NCBI GenBank assembly: GCA_963812605.1
Contig: CAWEWF010000004.1
Span: forward strand, 288,001-352,000
DNA from: an uncultured Verrucomicrobiae bacterium
Lineage (GTDB): Bacteria; Verrucomicrobiota; Verrucomicrobiia; Palsa-1439
Length of the DNA stretch: 64,000 bases
Direction of reading: 5' to 3'
Shown here: one piece after another, positions 25,389 to 36,200 of the stretch
Layout: each line of letters starts with the position of its first letter
Numbering within the stretch: the first letter of the stretch is position 1
The notes under the pieces: generated by a model
Database searches by the model: none
What the model was told of the DNA's origin: nothing
What the model saw: only the letters and a program-made list of their open reading frames with translations
Position numbers and translations under genes: made by a program

Positions 25389-26645
25389 ATGTCACACCAC
25401 CGCGTCGTCATCACCGGAATGGGAGCCATTACCGCCGTCGGCAGCGGACGGGACGGGTTGTGGCGGGGAATCCGGCGCGGCGAGTCCGGGATCCGCCGCC
25501 TCACGCGCTTTGACGCCTCGCCGTTCGAGTCGCAGATTGCGGGAGAAGTGCCCGATTTCGATCCGCTGGCGTATTTTCCCGCGCGCCGCGTGAAACGACT
25601 GGATCGGTTTGCGCAGTTCGCGCTGGTCGCCGCGAAAATGGCGCTGGATGATTCGCAGCAAGGCAGTCTGCCGCTTTGCCCGGGCGAACCGCCTCACTCG
25701 CAGATCGGTGTTTGCACCGGCACGGCGCTCGGTGGCGTCGCGCTCGCCGAGCACCAACATGAATTATTCATGCGCCAGGGAATCCGCGCCGTGAACCCCG
25801 CCCTCGCGTTCCTCGTGTTCGGCGGCTCTGGCGGCTCCCACGTCGCCATCGAACTCGGCTTCACGGGTCCGGGTAACACCAACTCGAATAGTTGCGCCTC
25901 AGGCGTGATTGCGGTGGGCGAAGCTTTTTGCCACGTCCAACAGGGCCGCGCCATGGCCATGGTCGCCGGCGCGGCCGAGGCGCCGCTGGCGCCGCTCACT
26001 TTCGGCGCCTTCGACCTTCTCCATGCCATGAGCAAAAGCAACGACAACCCGGCACGCGCCTGCCGTCCTTTCGATGCCTCGCGGGATGGATTCGTCATGG
26101 GTGAGGGCGCGGCGATGTTTGTCCTGGAAGAGCGCGGGCACGCGCTGGCGCGCGGTGCGCACATTTTCGCTGAAATCCTCGGTTACGCCTGCAACAACGA
26201 TGCCTGGCACATGCTCGCGCCCCGTCCCGATGGCTCCTGCGCGGCGCGTTGCATTCGCGAAACCATGGCCGATGCCGGCGTTTCGCCCGAACATATCGAT
26301 TACATCAATGCTCACGCCACCGGCACTCCACTTGGCGATGCCGCGGAAACCCTGGCCATCCAGCAGGTGTTCGGCGCTCGCGCCTGGGAAATTCCGGTCA
26401 GCTCGACCAAACCGTTCCATGCGCATCCTCTCGGCGCTGCGGGGGCAATCGAGATCGCCATTTGCTGCCTGGCGCTGGAACATAATTACCTGCCGCCAAC
26501 ACTCAACCTGACGCAGGCGGATCCCGAATGCGACCTCGACTACATCCCCAACACGGGCCGCGACGCGCGTGTGAACTGCATTCTCTCCAATAGTTTCGGC
26601 TTCGGCGGCATCAATGCCGGTATCATCCTCGCTCGCCATGAATGA
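25389..26645 (+). CDS. FabF-like beta-ketoacyl synthase
   Basis: RVVITGMG, catalytic Cys (NSCASG), RPFD..RDGFVMGEG, HATGT, K...AHPLGAAG, SNSFGFGG. Confidence 0.92.
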   Translation: MSHHRVVITGMGAITAVGSGRDGLWRGIRRGESGIRRLTRFDASPFESQIAGEVPDFDPLAYFPARRVKRLDRFAQFALVAAKMALDDSQQGSLPLCPGEPPHSQIGVCTGTALGGVALAEHQHELFMRQGIRAVNPALAFLVFGGSGGSHVAIELGFTGPGNTNSNSCASGVIAVGEAFCHVQQGRAMAMVAGAAEAPLAPLTFGAFDLLHAMSKSNDNPARACRPFDASRDGFVMGEGAAMFVLEERGHALARGAHIFAEILGYACNNDAWHMLAPRPDGSCAARCIRETMADAGVSPEHIDYINAHATGTPLGDAAETLAIQQVFGARAWEIPVSSTKPFHAHPLGAAGAIEIAICCLALEHNYLPPTLNLTQADPECDLDYIPNTGRDARVNCILSNSFGFGGINAGIILARHE

Positions 26646-27744
26646 TTTTGACGTCATTGTGGTCGGCGGCGGGCCGGGTGGCGCCACTGCCGCCGCGTTG
26701 TGTACCCAGCGCGGCTTGCGCGTTGCCCTTTTTGAGCACACCCGGTTCCCACGCCAAAAAGTTTGCGGCGATGTCATCAATCCGAACTGCTGGCCGGTGC
26801 TTGAAAAACTTGGCGCAGCCGAAAGAGTCCGCGCGCTGCCGCACCATGAGATTGACGCGGCGTTATTCGCGGCGTCGACCGGCGGGGTGATCAGCGTTCC
26901 ACTGCCGCGCGGAGCAATCGCCATTCGTCGCAGTCTATTTGACCACGCATTGCTGGAGCACGCCCGAAGTTGCGGCGTGGAGATTTTCGAGGATCAAGCC
27001 GTCCATGAAGTAACGCCGGAGAAGCAGGTGATCACCAGTCTGGGTCGCTATCGGGCAAGGACGGGCATTATTGGCGCCGATGGCCGGCATTCCGTGACCG
27101 CGCGGACCGCGGGCCTCGTGCGCATGCTTCCGGAAGGCAACGGACACATCGCGTTTCAAGCGCATTTCCATGCGCCCCGGGCGTTGGATGACCGCGTCCA
27201 ACTACACCTTTTTCAAGGCGGTTATTGTGGAGTGGTACGCGTGGATGTCGAGCGGGCAAACCTCTGCATCGTGACCGATCGGCGTGGAGCGCGGTTTCAC
27301 AACGATTGCGAAGCGCTCTTCGCGCACACGGTTCGGCAGAACCCTCATTTCCGCAATCTGGGCATCGATCCTGAACCGCTCGAGCCATTGCATAGCACCC
27401 ATCCGTTACAGCGGCCGATGAACATCCCGGCCAGAAATGGCATTTTCCTCGTTGGCGATGCGTTGCGGGTGATGGAGCCGTTCACGGGCCAGGGAATCCT
27501 CTTCGCCCTGCGGACGGCGGAGATCGTGGCGGATTCCATCGGCAGCCCCTCGCATCCCGAAAGGAATTACACCGCGGACGTTACGGCGCTGTACCGGCAG
27601 CGCGGGCGGACGAACGAATGCCTCAGTCGCGTCATGTACCGCGAGCGCGCGGCCCGCGCCGTCATTCCCTTGGTTCAGCGCCTCCCCGGCCTCACGCGCT
27701 GGCTGGCCGACAACGTTCTTGGCGAAGAGCGGCGGTTCCGGTAG
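26638..27744 (+). CDS. FAD-dependent oxidoreductase (geranylgeranyl reductase-like)
   Basis: DVIVVGGGPGG, FPRQKVCG, IGADG..S, VGDA....EPFTGQGI. Confidence 0.88.
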   Translation: MNDFDVIVVGGGPGGATAAALCTQRGLRVALFEHTRFPRQKVCGDVINPNCWPVLEKLGAAERVRALPHHEIDAALFAASTGGVISVPLPRGAIAIRRSLFDHALLEHARSCGVEIFEDQAVHEVTPEKQVITSLGRYRARTGIIGADGRHSVTARTAGLVRMLPEGNGHIAFQAHFHAPRALDDRVQLHLFQGGYCGVVRVDVERANLCIVTDRRGARFHNDCEALFAHTVRQNPHFRNLGIDPEPLEPLHSTHPLQRPMNIPARNGIFLVGDALRVMEPFTGQGILFALRTAEIVADSIGSPSHPERNYTADVTALYRQRGRTNECLSRVMYRERAARAVIPLVQRLPGLTRWLADNVLGEERRFR

Positions 27745-27756
27745 GCTGCATCCACG

Positions 27757-28311
27757 ATGAGTCAAGGCACAGGCAATCGGGCCGTCTTTCTCGACCGCGA
27801 CGGCACGATCATGGAGGATTCAAATTATGTCGGCGACGTTGAGCGGGTCCTGGTGATTCCCGGCGCCGTCGCGGCGCTGCGACAGCTACAGGAGGCGGGC
27901 TTCAAGCTGTTCATTATCACCAACCAATCCGGCGTGGGGCGCGGATACTTCAGCCGTGAAGCCGTCGAGTCGATCCATGGGCACCTCGACGAGCATTTTG
28001 GCAGGGGCGGCGTGCGCTTCGACCGGTATTATGTTTGCCCACACCACCCCGAGGACAATTGCGACTGCCGCAAGCCGAAGCCGAAATTTCTGCTCGACGC
28101 GGCCCGCGAATACGGACTTGATCTGTCGCGCTGCTTTATGGTGGGAGATCGTGCCAGCGATATCCAGGCGGGCCTTAACGCGGGCGCGCGGACCATTCTC
28201 GTGCTCACCGGCGCAGGCCGCGAAACCCTGGCAAAGCAGGAAGTCAAACCCGATCATGTCGCCGAAGACATCGGCGCGGCCGCCGCCTGGATTTTGGAAC
28301 ACCAGGCGTGA
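27757..28311 (+). CDS. gmhB: D-glycero-D-manno-heptose-1,7-bisphosphate phosphatase-like HAD IIIA enzyme
   Basis: FLDRDGTI, TNQSGVGRG, CPH.P...C.CRKP, MVGDR.SDI. Confidence 0.88.
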   Translation: MSQGTGNRAVFLDRDGTIMEDSNYVGDVERVLVIPGAVAALRQLQEAGFKLFIITNQSGVGRGYFSREAVESIHGHLDEHFGRGGVRFDRYYVCPHHPEDNCDCRKPKPKFLLDAAREYGLDLSRCFMVGDRASDIQAGLNAGARTILVLTGAGRETLAKQEVKPDHVAEDIGAAAAWILEHQA

Positions 28312-28366
28312 CCCCGTTTTACAGAGTTGCAGTTCGTCGCGTTTTGGGGGATTGTTGTGGGCATAG

Positions 28367-29221
28367 GTGCAACCGATGAAAGCCCTGCGCGAACCCGATC
28401 GAAAAGCACTCGCCAAGCTGCTGGCGGACCAGGATCCGCGGCAGTTGCAATTGGTGCAGGAACAACTGGCGGAGCGGGGCGCGGAAGGGATCAGCTTTCT
28501 GGAATCGGTGGTGCTCGACGGCGAGCCCTCGGCCCAACGCAACGCGCAGCAGATGTTGCGCGTGCTTCGCGAGACGGCGGCGTGGGAGGCCCTGGCGAAA
28601 TTTTGCGCGACCTGCGGAACCCATTTCGACCTGGAGGTCGCGTCCTGGCTGGTGGCGAAAACCCGTTACCCCGAGATGGACGAGGTCGCCTATCGCACCC
28701 GGCTCGACGAGATGGCGCAGGAGTTGCGCAAGCGCCTGACAGGACGCGAGACACCTCGATCCGCGATCGAAGTTTGCAACCACTATCTTTTCCGCACGCT
28801 CGGTTTTCGTGGCAACCGGCAGGATTATTACGACCCGGATAATTCCTATCTCAATCGCGTCCTGGACCGCCGCATCGGGATTCCCATCAGCCTGTCGGTA
28901 CTGTACCTCCTGCTGGCGCGACGGCTGCGCCTCCCGTTGATCGGCATCAACATGCCCGCCCATTTCCTGCTCAAATGGCAATCCGACACCATGGGCTTTT
29001 TCTTCGATCCGTTCCACGAGGGCGAGTTGCTGGATGAGGAGGACTGCCGTGAATTGTGCAAACGCATGGGCGTGGCGTTCAATCCCGTCTTCCTGACGCC
29101 CACCACGCCGCAAATCATCCTCCTGCGGATGTGCAACAATCTCCACGGGATCTATGCCGAGCGCGAACCGGCGCGCGCCGAGCAATTTGGAAGATTTGCC
29201 GCGCTGCTGTCGCGCACGTAA
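28367..29221 (+). CDS. SirB1/transglutaminase-like domain protein
   Basis: GFRGN..DYYDPDNSYLNRVLDRR.GIPISLS, GINMPAHF, ILLRMCNNL. Confidence 0.88.
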   Translation: MQPMKALREPDRKALAKLLADQDPRQLQLVQEQLAERGAEGISFLESVVLDGEPSAQRNAQQMLRVLRETAAWEALAKFCATCGTHFDLEVASWLVAKTRYPEMDEVAYRTRLDEMAQELRKRLTGRETPRSAIEVCNHYLFRTLGFRGNRQDYYDPDNSYLNRVLDRRIGIPISLSVLYLLLARRLRLPLIGINMPAHFLLKWQSDTMGFFFDPFHEGELLDEEDCRELCKRMGVAFNPVFLTPTTPQIILLRMCNNLHGIYAEREPARAEQFGRFAALLSRT

Positions 29222-29275
29222 ATCGTGGCGCGACTTTTGCCGCAAAAGGGCGAGGCGCTTCGCCCGGGATGCCCG

Positions 29276-31066
29276 TTACGGGCTGGTAATCTTGAGACTC
29301 AACTTGCCGAACTGACCCGTAACCCCCTCGACGACGATAAAGAATGTGTTTGTCCCGTCCGTTTGAAAGCTGAGGGTCTCGTCACCGTTGCCTAACGGGG
29401 AATCCGTACAAGTGACCGCCACCAGATTACTGCAGTTGCCTTCCCAGACAGCAATCATGGAGTCGAAGTTGGCCCCCGATGTTGAAACCGTAAAGGAACG
29501 GTTCGCCGCCCCCACCGGCGGCATTACCTCCCAGACCGCGTCCCGTCCGCCCGCGCCGCAAGCTGGGCTCGGGAATGAGTTCGTGAAACTTCCCAGGTTG
29601 ACGGACCGGGTGAAGACCGCGCTCGAGAACGATCCCGCCGAGCTGGGAAACGCCACCTCTTCCGCGGCCCCGCAACTGTTGTTCACGCCAGGGCAGGTGT
29701 CCTGGGTCGTCGGATCACGCGAAAGCTTCTTGAGAGCACTCGGTTTGGACGGTGAACACTCAACGATTCCCGTGGGAAGATTATTCGTCTGACCGCTGGC
29801 ATTGAAGGCGCGAAGCAACGCGGTCATGCTGACAATCGCGGTGGTGTCGGCCCCCGCGGCCGCGCTTTGCCCCTGATCGACCAGATCGGCGGGGAACGCA
29901 ACGTTGGTGCCTCCACTGAGGTACGTCAATTGCGAGGGATCGGTGCCAAGGTATTCCGTATTGGCTTCGGCGGCGATGAGTTCGGTCGACAATTGCTTGC
30001 GCAGAACGCAAAGGTTAGACGACCTGGATTTTTGGCCCTGCGTTCCCCCTATTTCACCCGTAAACTTCGTACTGCGCCAATACAGACCGAGTGCTTCGAT
30101 CTCCGCATCCGCGGCATCCTTCACGTTATCGCTATTATGGAAGCCCTGCGGCAGGTCGAGGAAGCCCAGGGGCACCGCGCCGCAATTGACGTTCATGATC
30201 TTCACCACGGCATTGCTTAACGACGCACAGGTGGGGTCCGTATAATCCGGATGCGTGAACCAATAACGGGAAGTACGCGTGCTGAGGTTTGACGCGGTGG
30301 CGGAACGAAGGCTGCCCGCCTGGATAAAAACGGATGAATCCAAATTGGCATCACCGGCATCGGCGATCGCGATCTTCATGTGGTTGACCTGATGGGCCAG
30401 AACCGGTGCCGTGAGAGTCAAAACGGTGGTCAGCCCCCCCACGTGGACATCGAGATTCCCAGCAACATTATCGATGAAAAACTGACAGTTCATGCAAGGC
30501 CCCGTACTCACACCAGAGGACTGTCCATTGTTAACGGTGTCGATGGATACCGGGGTGGTTGTGCCGGGAATGAGCGCGTAGTTGACTCCATTCACGAAGA
30601 AGGCGAAGACGTTGTTGAACGAGTTGACGAATACGTTGTACTCTTCTGAAGCAAAGACATACTGGAATTGAACGGTGTCCGAGTCCGGGACGAAATCGAA
30701 TTGCAATATGGCCGCGTCGAACGTCGGGGTCCCGGAAATCAGCCCAGAGAGATCCGGATCGCCAGGCAGCCCATTGTCCGTCGAAGATACAATGTTATTG
30801 TTCGGGCCGATGACACCGGCTGCACTGCCGGTCGTCAGAATTATTCCGTTCTCGAACCCGATAATGCCTGTCCCGGAACAAAAAAGGCCCGACGCATTCG
30901 TGGCCCCGGTGTATTGGATGTTCGAGATGCTCACGCCGGTACCAACAAGGGCGTTGACCATATCCTGTGGAGAAGGACCCTGGCCAAGATCTCTTACCAA
31001 AAGTCCTGCGTGCGCCGTGGCTGCCGCCAGCAAGGCCCCGGCCACCGATAGCACTGTCTTTTTCAT
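29276..31066 (-). CDS. Secreted choice-of-anchor-L-type domain protein with shared C-terminal module
   Basis: MKKTVLS signal peptide; GIILTTG, DAAILQFDF, FQYVFASEEY, KIAIADAGD..LDSSVFI. Confidence 0.8.
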   Translation of the reverse strand: MKKTVLSVAGALLAAATAHAGLLVRDLGQGPSPQDMVNALVGTGVSISNIQYTGATNASGLFCSGTGIIGFENGIILTTGSAAGVIGPNNNIVSSTDNGLPGDPDLSGLISGTPTFDAAILQFDFVPDSDTVQFQYVFASEEYNVFVNSFNNVFAFFVNGVNYALIPGTTTPVSIDTVNNGQSSGVSTGPCMNCQFFIDNVAGNLDVHVGGLTTVLTLTAPVLAHQVNHMKIAIADAGDANLDSSVFIQAGSLRSATASNLSTRTSRYWFTHPDYTDPTCASLSNAVVKIMNVNCGAVPLGFLDLPQGFHNSDNVKDAADAEIEALGLYWRSTKFTGEIGGTQGQKSRSSNLCVLRKQLSTELIAAEANTEYLGTDPSQLTYLSGGTNVAFPADLVDQGQSAAAGADTTAIVSMTALLRAFNASGQTNNLPTGIVECSPSKPSALKKLSRDPTTQDTCPGVNNSCGAAEEVAFPSSAGSFSSAVFTRSVNLGSFTNSFPSPACGAGGRDAVWEVMPPVGAANRSFTVSTSGANFDSMIAVWEGNCSNLVAVTCTDSPLGNGDETLSFQTDGTNTFFIVVEGVTGQFGKLSLKITSP

Positions 31067-31098
31067 ATTGGGTTTCCCCACCAAATCAATCTGCCTCA

Positions 31099-33147
31099 TT
31101 AAAAACTCGTTACGGTCATTTGTACTTTGCCGAACGCACCACCTTTGCCCTCAATAGCAATATAGAACGTGTTGATTCCATCCGTGGTGAATATCAGGGT
31201 TTCCCCGCCCACACCCAGGACATTATCCGCGCATCCGACCTGGGTTAGATTGCTGCACGTACCCGACCAAACGGATATCAGCGTGTCAAAATTGCTGCCC
31301 GCGGTAGAAACACTAAATTGCCGCCCGGCAGCCGCCATCGGCGGGGCCACCTGCCATACGGCATTGGGGCCGCCGGTGCCGCAAGATGGAGTTGGCATGT
31401 TGTTTTGGAGATTGGCGATACTGACGGAGTCCTTGAAGACCGGATTCGCGCCCGAAAAGAAGATCATCTTGGCCGCCAGACAGGTGTCGTTTACGCCGGG
31501 ACAGGTATCCTGCGTCGTGGCATCACGCGAAATTGCTTTGAGGACCTTGGCCGGTTGTGGAGAACACTCGACCAGATTATTGGGCAGGTTATTGGTCTGG
31601 CCACTACTGTTGAATTGCCGAAGCAGGGCCGTCATGCTGCGAATGGCCGTGACATCAAAGCCGGCTGCCGCCTCGCGGGCTTGCGAGACCAAGTTGGCTG
31701 GAAAGTTCGTGACGGTGTGTCCGTTAACGTAGGTCGCATTGGGGGGAAAGGTGCCGAGCAATGTGGTGTTGGCATAGGCCGCGATTAATTCAACCGCCAA
31801 CTGTTTGCGCGCGACGCACAGGCCCGAAGACTTTAACTTCTGCCCCTGTGTCCCGTTGGGTTCACCCGTATTGCCAGTTCCCCTCCAGTAAAAACCCAGC
31901 GCTTCGATAAAGGCGTCGGTGGCGTCAATGACATTGTCCGAGTTGCGATTCTCCGTGGCGATGGTGACAAACCCGAGATCGAGGATGCCACCATTGAACT
32001 GGAGCGCGTTCAGCAAGGTGGCGCAATTCGTGTCCGAGGAGAACCCGTGCGTAAACCAGAAGCGGGAGGTTCGCGTAACCACCTGGGAACTCGCGATGCT
32101 GGCCAGCGACACATTCAGGGCGTCCAGCACTGCCCCAATGGGATTAGCGATGGCATTACCGGTAGAATCCCCAGCGAAGAGGAGCGCCACCGCATTATTG
32201 TTGGCATCGACAATGGGTGAGCCGGAATCCCCGGCCGCCGCAAACGCGGGCGCGGTTCCGGTCGGCGAAACCACGATCTGGTTGGTGAACGTCGCCATCA
32301 CGCAGGTGGCGCCGTCGTACATGACTGTAATTGTAACGTTGATCGCGCTGACGGTCCCTTCCGTGCAAAAGGTAGTCCGTCCGTTCTTCTGAACGGCTTG
32401 GCCCACGAAAGCCGGCACCACATTGTTCACCTGCGGGCCCAGATTAAGAATGTCGGATGACACCTCCGCGTCGGAACTCAGCACGAAACCGCAGTCCACC
32501 AGGTTATTACCACCCCCGAAAGAGATCGGGACGTCGCGGCTCAAGATGCCGATGTTTTGATCGGCAGTGCACGACGCATCAAGCAGACCCGGTTGATACA
32601 ACGGGGTCCCAATGGGGGCCGCGCCAGGACACGCATTCGAACCAATACTAACGACATGGGCATTGCCAATCCAACCAATCGCTCCCGTAGCATTATCGCG
32701 GACTTTGTACCCAATCGTGCCAGCGGCACAAAGAAGTGGATCACTTGTAGAAACCCCCAGCGGCACCGGAAGCGGGTAGGCAATCTGCGGGTTGCTCCCG
32801 CCGCAAGCGAAAGCGTGAATTGCTCCCGTGACACGGATACTCACGGGCAAATCATCCAAGACAGGAGGCAATTCTGCAGCCCGATTCGTACCATCGACCA
32901 GAACCGTAATCGCCAGGCTGCCATTCGTCTCGCCAATGCCGACTCCAAACACGCCATCACTTGCCAAAAGGGCCGATTGGTTGGCGGTCTGGACGGCAAC
33001 CGCATGGGCCAACTGGGCGCCCGTATAGAAGGGTCTCTCCGACTGCGCGTAGGAGTCCGTTTCGCGAATACCCAAGACCGCTGTGACCACACAAATAGCC
33101 ACCGTCATCTGTGCGCGCAATCGTCTCATAACCTTAGGGCCATTCAT
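31099..33147 (-). CDS. Secreted trypsin-like serine protease (Nal1-like) with shared C-terminal module
   Basis: AGTIG, NAHV (His), VDC (Asp), KNGRTT..T.G, GDSGS (Ser), LLFAG; start uncertain. Confidence 0.82.
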   Translation of the reverse strand: MNGPKVMRRLRAQMTVAICVVTAVLGIRETDSYAQSERPFYTGAQLAHAVAVQTANQSALLASDGVFGVGIGETNGSLAITVLVDGTNRAAELPPVLDDLPVSIRVTGAIHAFACGGSNPQIAYPLPVPLGVSTSDPLLCAAGTIGYKVRDNATGAIGWIGNAHVVSIGSNACPGAAPIGTPLYQPGLLDASCTADQNIGILSRDVPISFGGGNNLVDCGFVLSSDAEVSSDILNLGPQVNNVVPAFVGQAVQKNGRTTFCTEGTVSAINVTITVMYDGATCVMATFTNQIVVSPTGTAPAFAAAGDSGSPIVDANNNAVALLFAGDSTGNAIANPIGAVLDALNVSLASIASSQVVTRTSRFWFTHGFSSDTNCATLLNALQFNGGILDLGFVTIATENRNSDNVIDATDAFIEALGFYWRGTGNTGEPNGTQGQKLKSSGLCVARKQLAVELIAAYANTTLLGTFPPNATYVNGHTVTNFPANLVSQAREAAAGFDVTAIRSMTALLRQFNSSGQTNNLPNNLVECSPQPAKVLKAISRDATTQDTCPGVNDTCLAAKMIFFSGANPVFKDSVSIANLQNNMPTPSCGTGGPNAVWQVAPPMAAAGRQFSVSTAGSNFDTLISVWSGTCSNLTQVGCADNVLGVGGETLIFTTDGINTFYIAIEGKGGAFGKVQMTVTSF

Positions 33148-33253
33148 TCAAACAAAGCCACCGGCAATCGTAATGCCGACCAACATCAAAATCTGTTTCA
33201 TACATGTATCGTTGAGCCGTCACCCAACAAGACGTGCGGCCGCGCCAAGGACT

Positions 33254-36200
33254 CTACTTCGCTATCACCGTTGCTTTCACGACGTCGACCTTTGTCGGGT
33301 CGCTGACGGAAGTGAAGGTGAGCGTGAAGGTCGCCGCCGTGCCCTTTCCAACCAGGGTTTTGTCCGCGAAAACCTCGACGCGAATCATCGTGGCGTCACC
33401 GGTGGTGGCCGACGGCGCCAGCGTGTCGCTCGAAAACACGCCGGATTCGACGGCAGAAGTCACTTCCTTACTGTCGTTGGGGATGGCGCCGAGGAAGTAC
33501 TTCACCGTAAAGCCCGTGACATTGCCCACGCCCTGCACGGTGAACCGGTCGGGCGCGGAACCGACATTGCGTAGAGTCACAAAGAACCGCACGGCTTTTT
33601 TCGCGCCCGGGCGGATGCTTTGCTGGATTTCCTGCCCGGCGCCGCTGGCATTAATGATTCCATTGCCAACCATCTTTTTCGCATTCGTGTTCTTCCCGAT
33701 GGCGGCATCCGGCTGGCTCAGGCCGCCATTTCCTGTTAGCGGCAGTAGCTGGGGACCCCCGGAAACATTGTCCACGAACACCAGATTTGCCGTGCGCGGT
33801 CCGCCAGCGGTTGGGGCAAACTGCAGCGTGACGAGACAGGTGTCGCCCGTGGCGATGAAGACGCAGGTGTTCGAGATTTTGAAGAAATCCAGAGCATTGG
33901 CGCCGGTGACGGTCACGTTGCTGATCACCAAGGGAGCTGTCCCGCAGTTGGTAATGGTCACGCTCTGCACCGAACCGGTGAAACCCACGACGACATCTCC
34001 AAAGTCGATCGGGCTACTGGAGAAGCAGATGGAAGGCGCCAGCGCAACGCCGACACCTGTCAGGGCCAGCGTCGTCGGGCTTCCCGTGTCGTCCACGATC
34101 ACAAATTCGCATCCCGAGCGCCGGCCGCCTGGGGGTTAAACGTTACATTGACCGTGCAAAAACTGCCCGGGGCGATCGGCCCGCCGGTGCAATTCTGTGT
34201 CACGGTGAAGTCGTTCGACCCGAACCCGGTAACGGTCACGTTGGAAATATTCAAGTCGGCCGAACCGCAATTGGTGATCGTAATGCTTTGCACCGCGCTG
34301 GTCGTGGTGAGCAACTGGTTGCCGAAACTAAACGTATTGCTGCCGAACTCAGGCAGAGGACCGGCACCGCCGGGGTGCCAAAACCGCTTAGCGGCACGAT
34401 GCGCGGGCTGCCCGTGGCATTGTCCATGAAGATAAGGTTCGCCTGGCGCAAGCCCACGGATCCATTGGTAGTTGGTTGAGAACCCAATATTCACGCTGCA
34501 GTTCCTGCCTGACGGAAAAACACGGGCCACCCGCACAACTCTGGAGACACGATCGACGAAATCCGAGGCATTCGGAAGCCGCTAATGGTGGCGCTTGAAA
34601 TTTCAATGGGAGTGGCCGGCTGTGTTGTTTTGATAGGTTACGCTCTGCACCTGCTGGTGAGTCCGATCGGTTCACTGGGAAACACCAAGGGAACTTGGAG
34701 TGGCAACGATCGACGAAATGACGGCGTTGACATTCAGTACGAAATGGCCACCCGGCCCATTGTTATGCGGTTCCGCCACGATATAATAGTCATTGGATCC
34801 ATCAGCGGTAAATGTCAGCACCGATGAGATACCGCCGTTGGTCGAGGTCACTTCGATGAGCGCTCCGCATTCGCCCCTGACAAACACTGCTTCCGGGACG
34901 ACCTGCACTCTCCAGACGGACAACACATTGTCGAAATGCTGCCGGCCGTGCTGATCGTGAACTGCGCACCTGGCGTCGGGTTCGCGAGCCTGAAGAATTC
35001 CTCGGAGCCGCCAACGGCTGCCGAAGGACTCGGGGTGGACCCTTTGGTAGCATTCGATACGCGCTTGCATCAAGGTGTTGGTAAAGATGAACGGGAATTC
35101 CGTGATGACCACCGCTGTCCCGCATGAGTTGTTCGTCGGACAAATTGGGCATCGTCGGACCGATTGGTGGACGCCGCGTTGTAGACCACGAGCGCAAAAT
35201 CCTGACCCAGGACGCTGCCGACATTGGGCACACCCTGACCCGCGATATCGGTGGCGCGGACGACCACACTCCACACGCCAGTCTGGCCCGCTGGCAGGAA
35301 GACGCTCTCCATGTTATTGATGCTATCGGGGGTGCCGGCGTCGGGCACGGAGTTTGGCCCCGAGAAGACATTGCCCTTGTAGACATGTCCACCGATGGTG
35401 ACCTCCAAGTCCAAATCGTTGACCAGTTGCTTGCCCGCGCCCGGGACGCCCGCTGCATCCGTCCACGCCAGCGTGACGCGGAAAGGTTTGGTGGGATCGA
35501 ATATCTGTCCGCTCGACCGCGTAACTTTGGCCCGACTTGGCTGAAGAACGTCTGTTGCGGGACGGGGTTGGTCGTGATCAGCGGCGTATCGATCGCCCGT
35601 CGCGTCGATTCGTCACGAATCACGCGAGGAACCTGATCGAACATTCTCTGCAAATCCATCATGCCCATGCCTTGGGCAATCGAGGGCAACGTGTCCATAG
35701 CTCCCGTCGCCGGGTTGGTAATCGACAGGTAGCGGGCCGAATTGCAGAGGTAGGCCTTGGCCATCGCCGGGCTGGGTTGCAGCAACGGCGTGCCCAGTTC
35801 ATCCGTCAGCCGGTTTTGGAAGTACCACCACAAGAGACTGGATTCCTCCCGAAACTGCCGGCGCGGAAAAACTTGTGCCGCGAATCCCGTTGATGGGCGT
35901 CGGATTGGGTATCTGAATAACAATGCTGTTCGCTCCTGAACCGCAAAGGTAGACGTTGTTGCTATCTGACGGAATTCCCACGGGTACCGGAGTAACTTGA
36001 TTTCCCTCCAAGCCGCCGGTCCCGGCAGCGGCATTCGTCCAGAAGGTGCTGGCCACTCCGTAGATCGTCGTGTCCGGAGCGACGATCTCGGGTTTAAACC
36101 GGCCATCTTGCGTGGGGCCAAAAGCGGAGTATGGCGCGATCTCAAAGGAGTTTTCCTGAAGCAATTCCGGCTCGCAGCCGGAGCCATCCAGACGCACACT

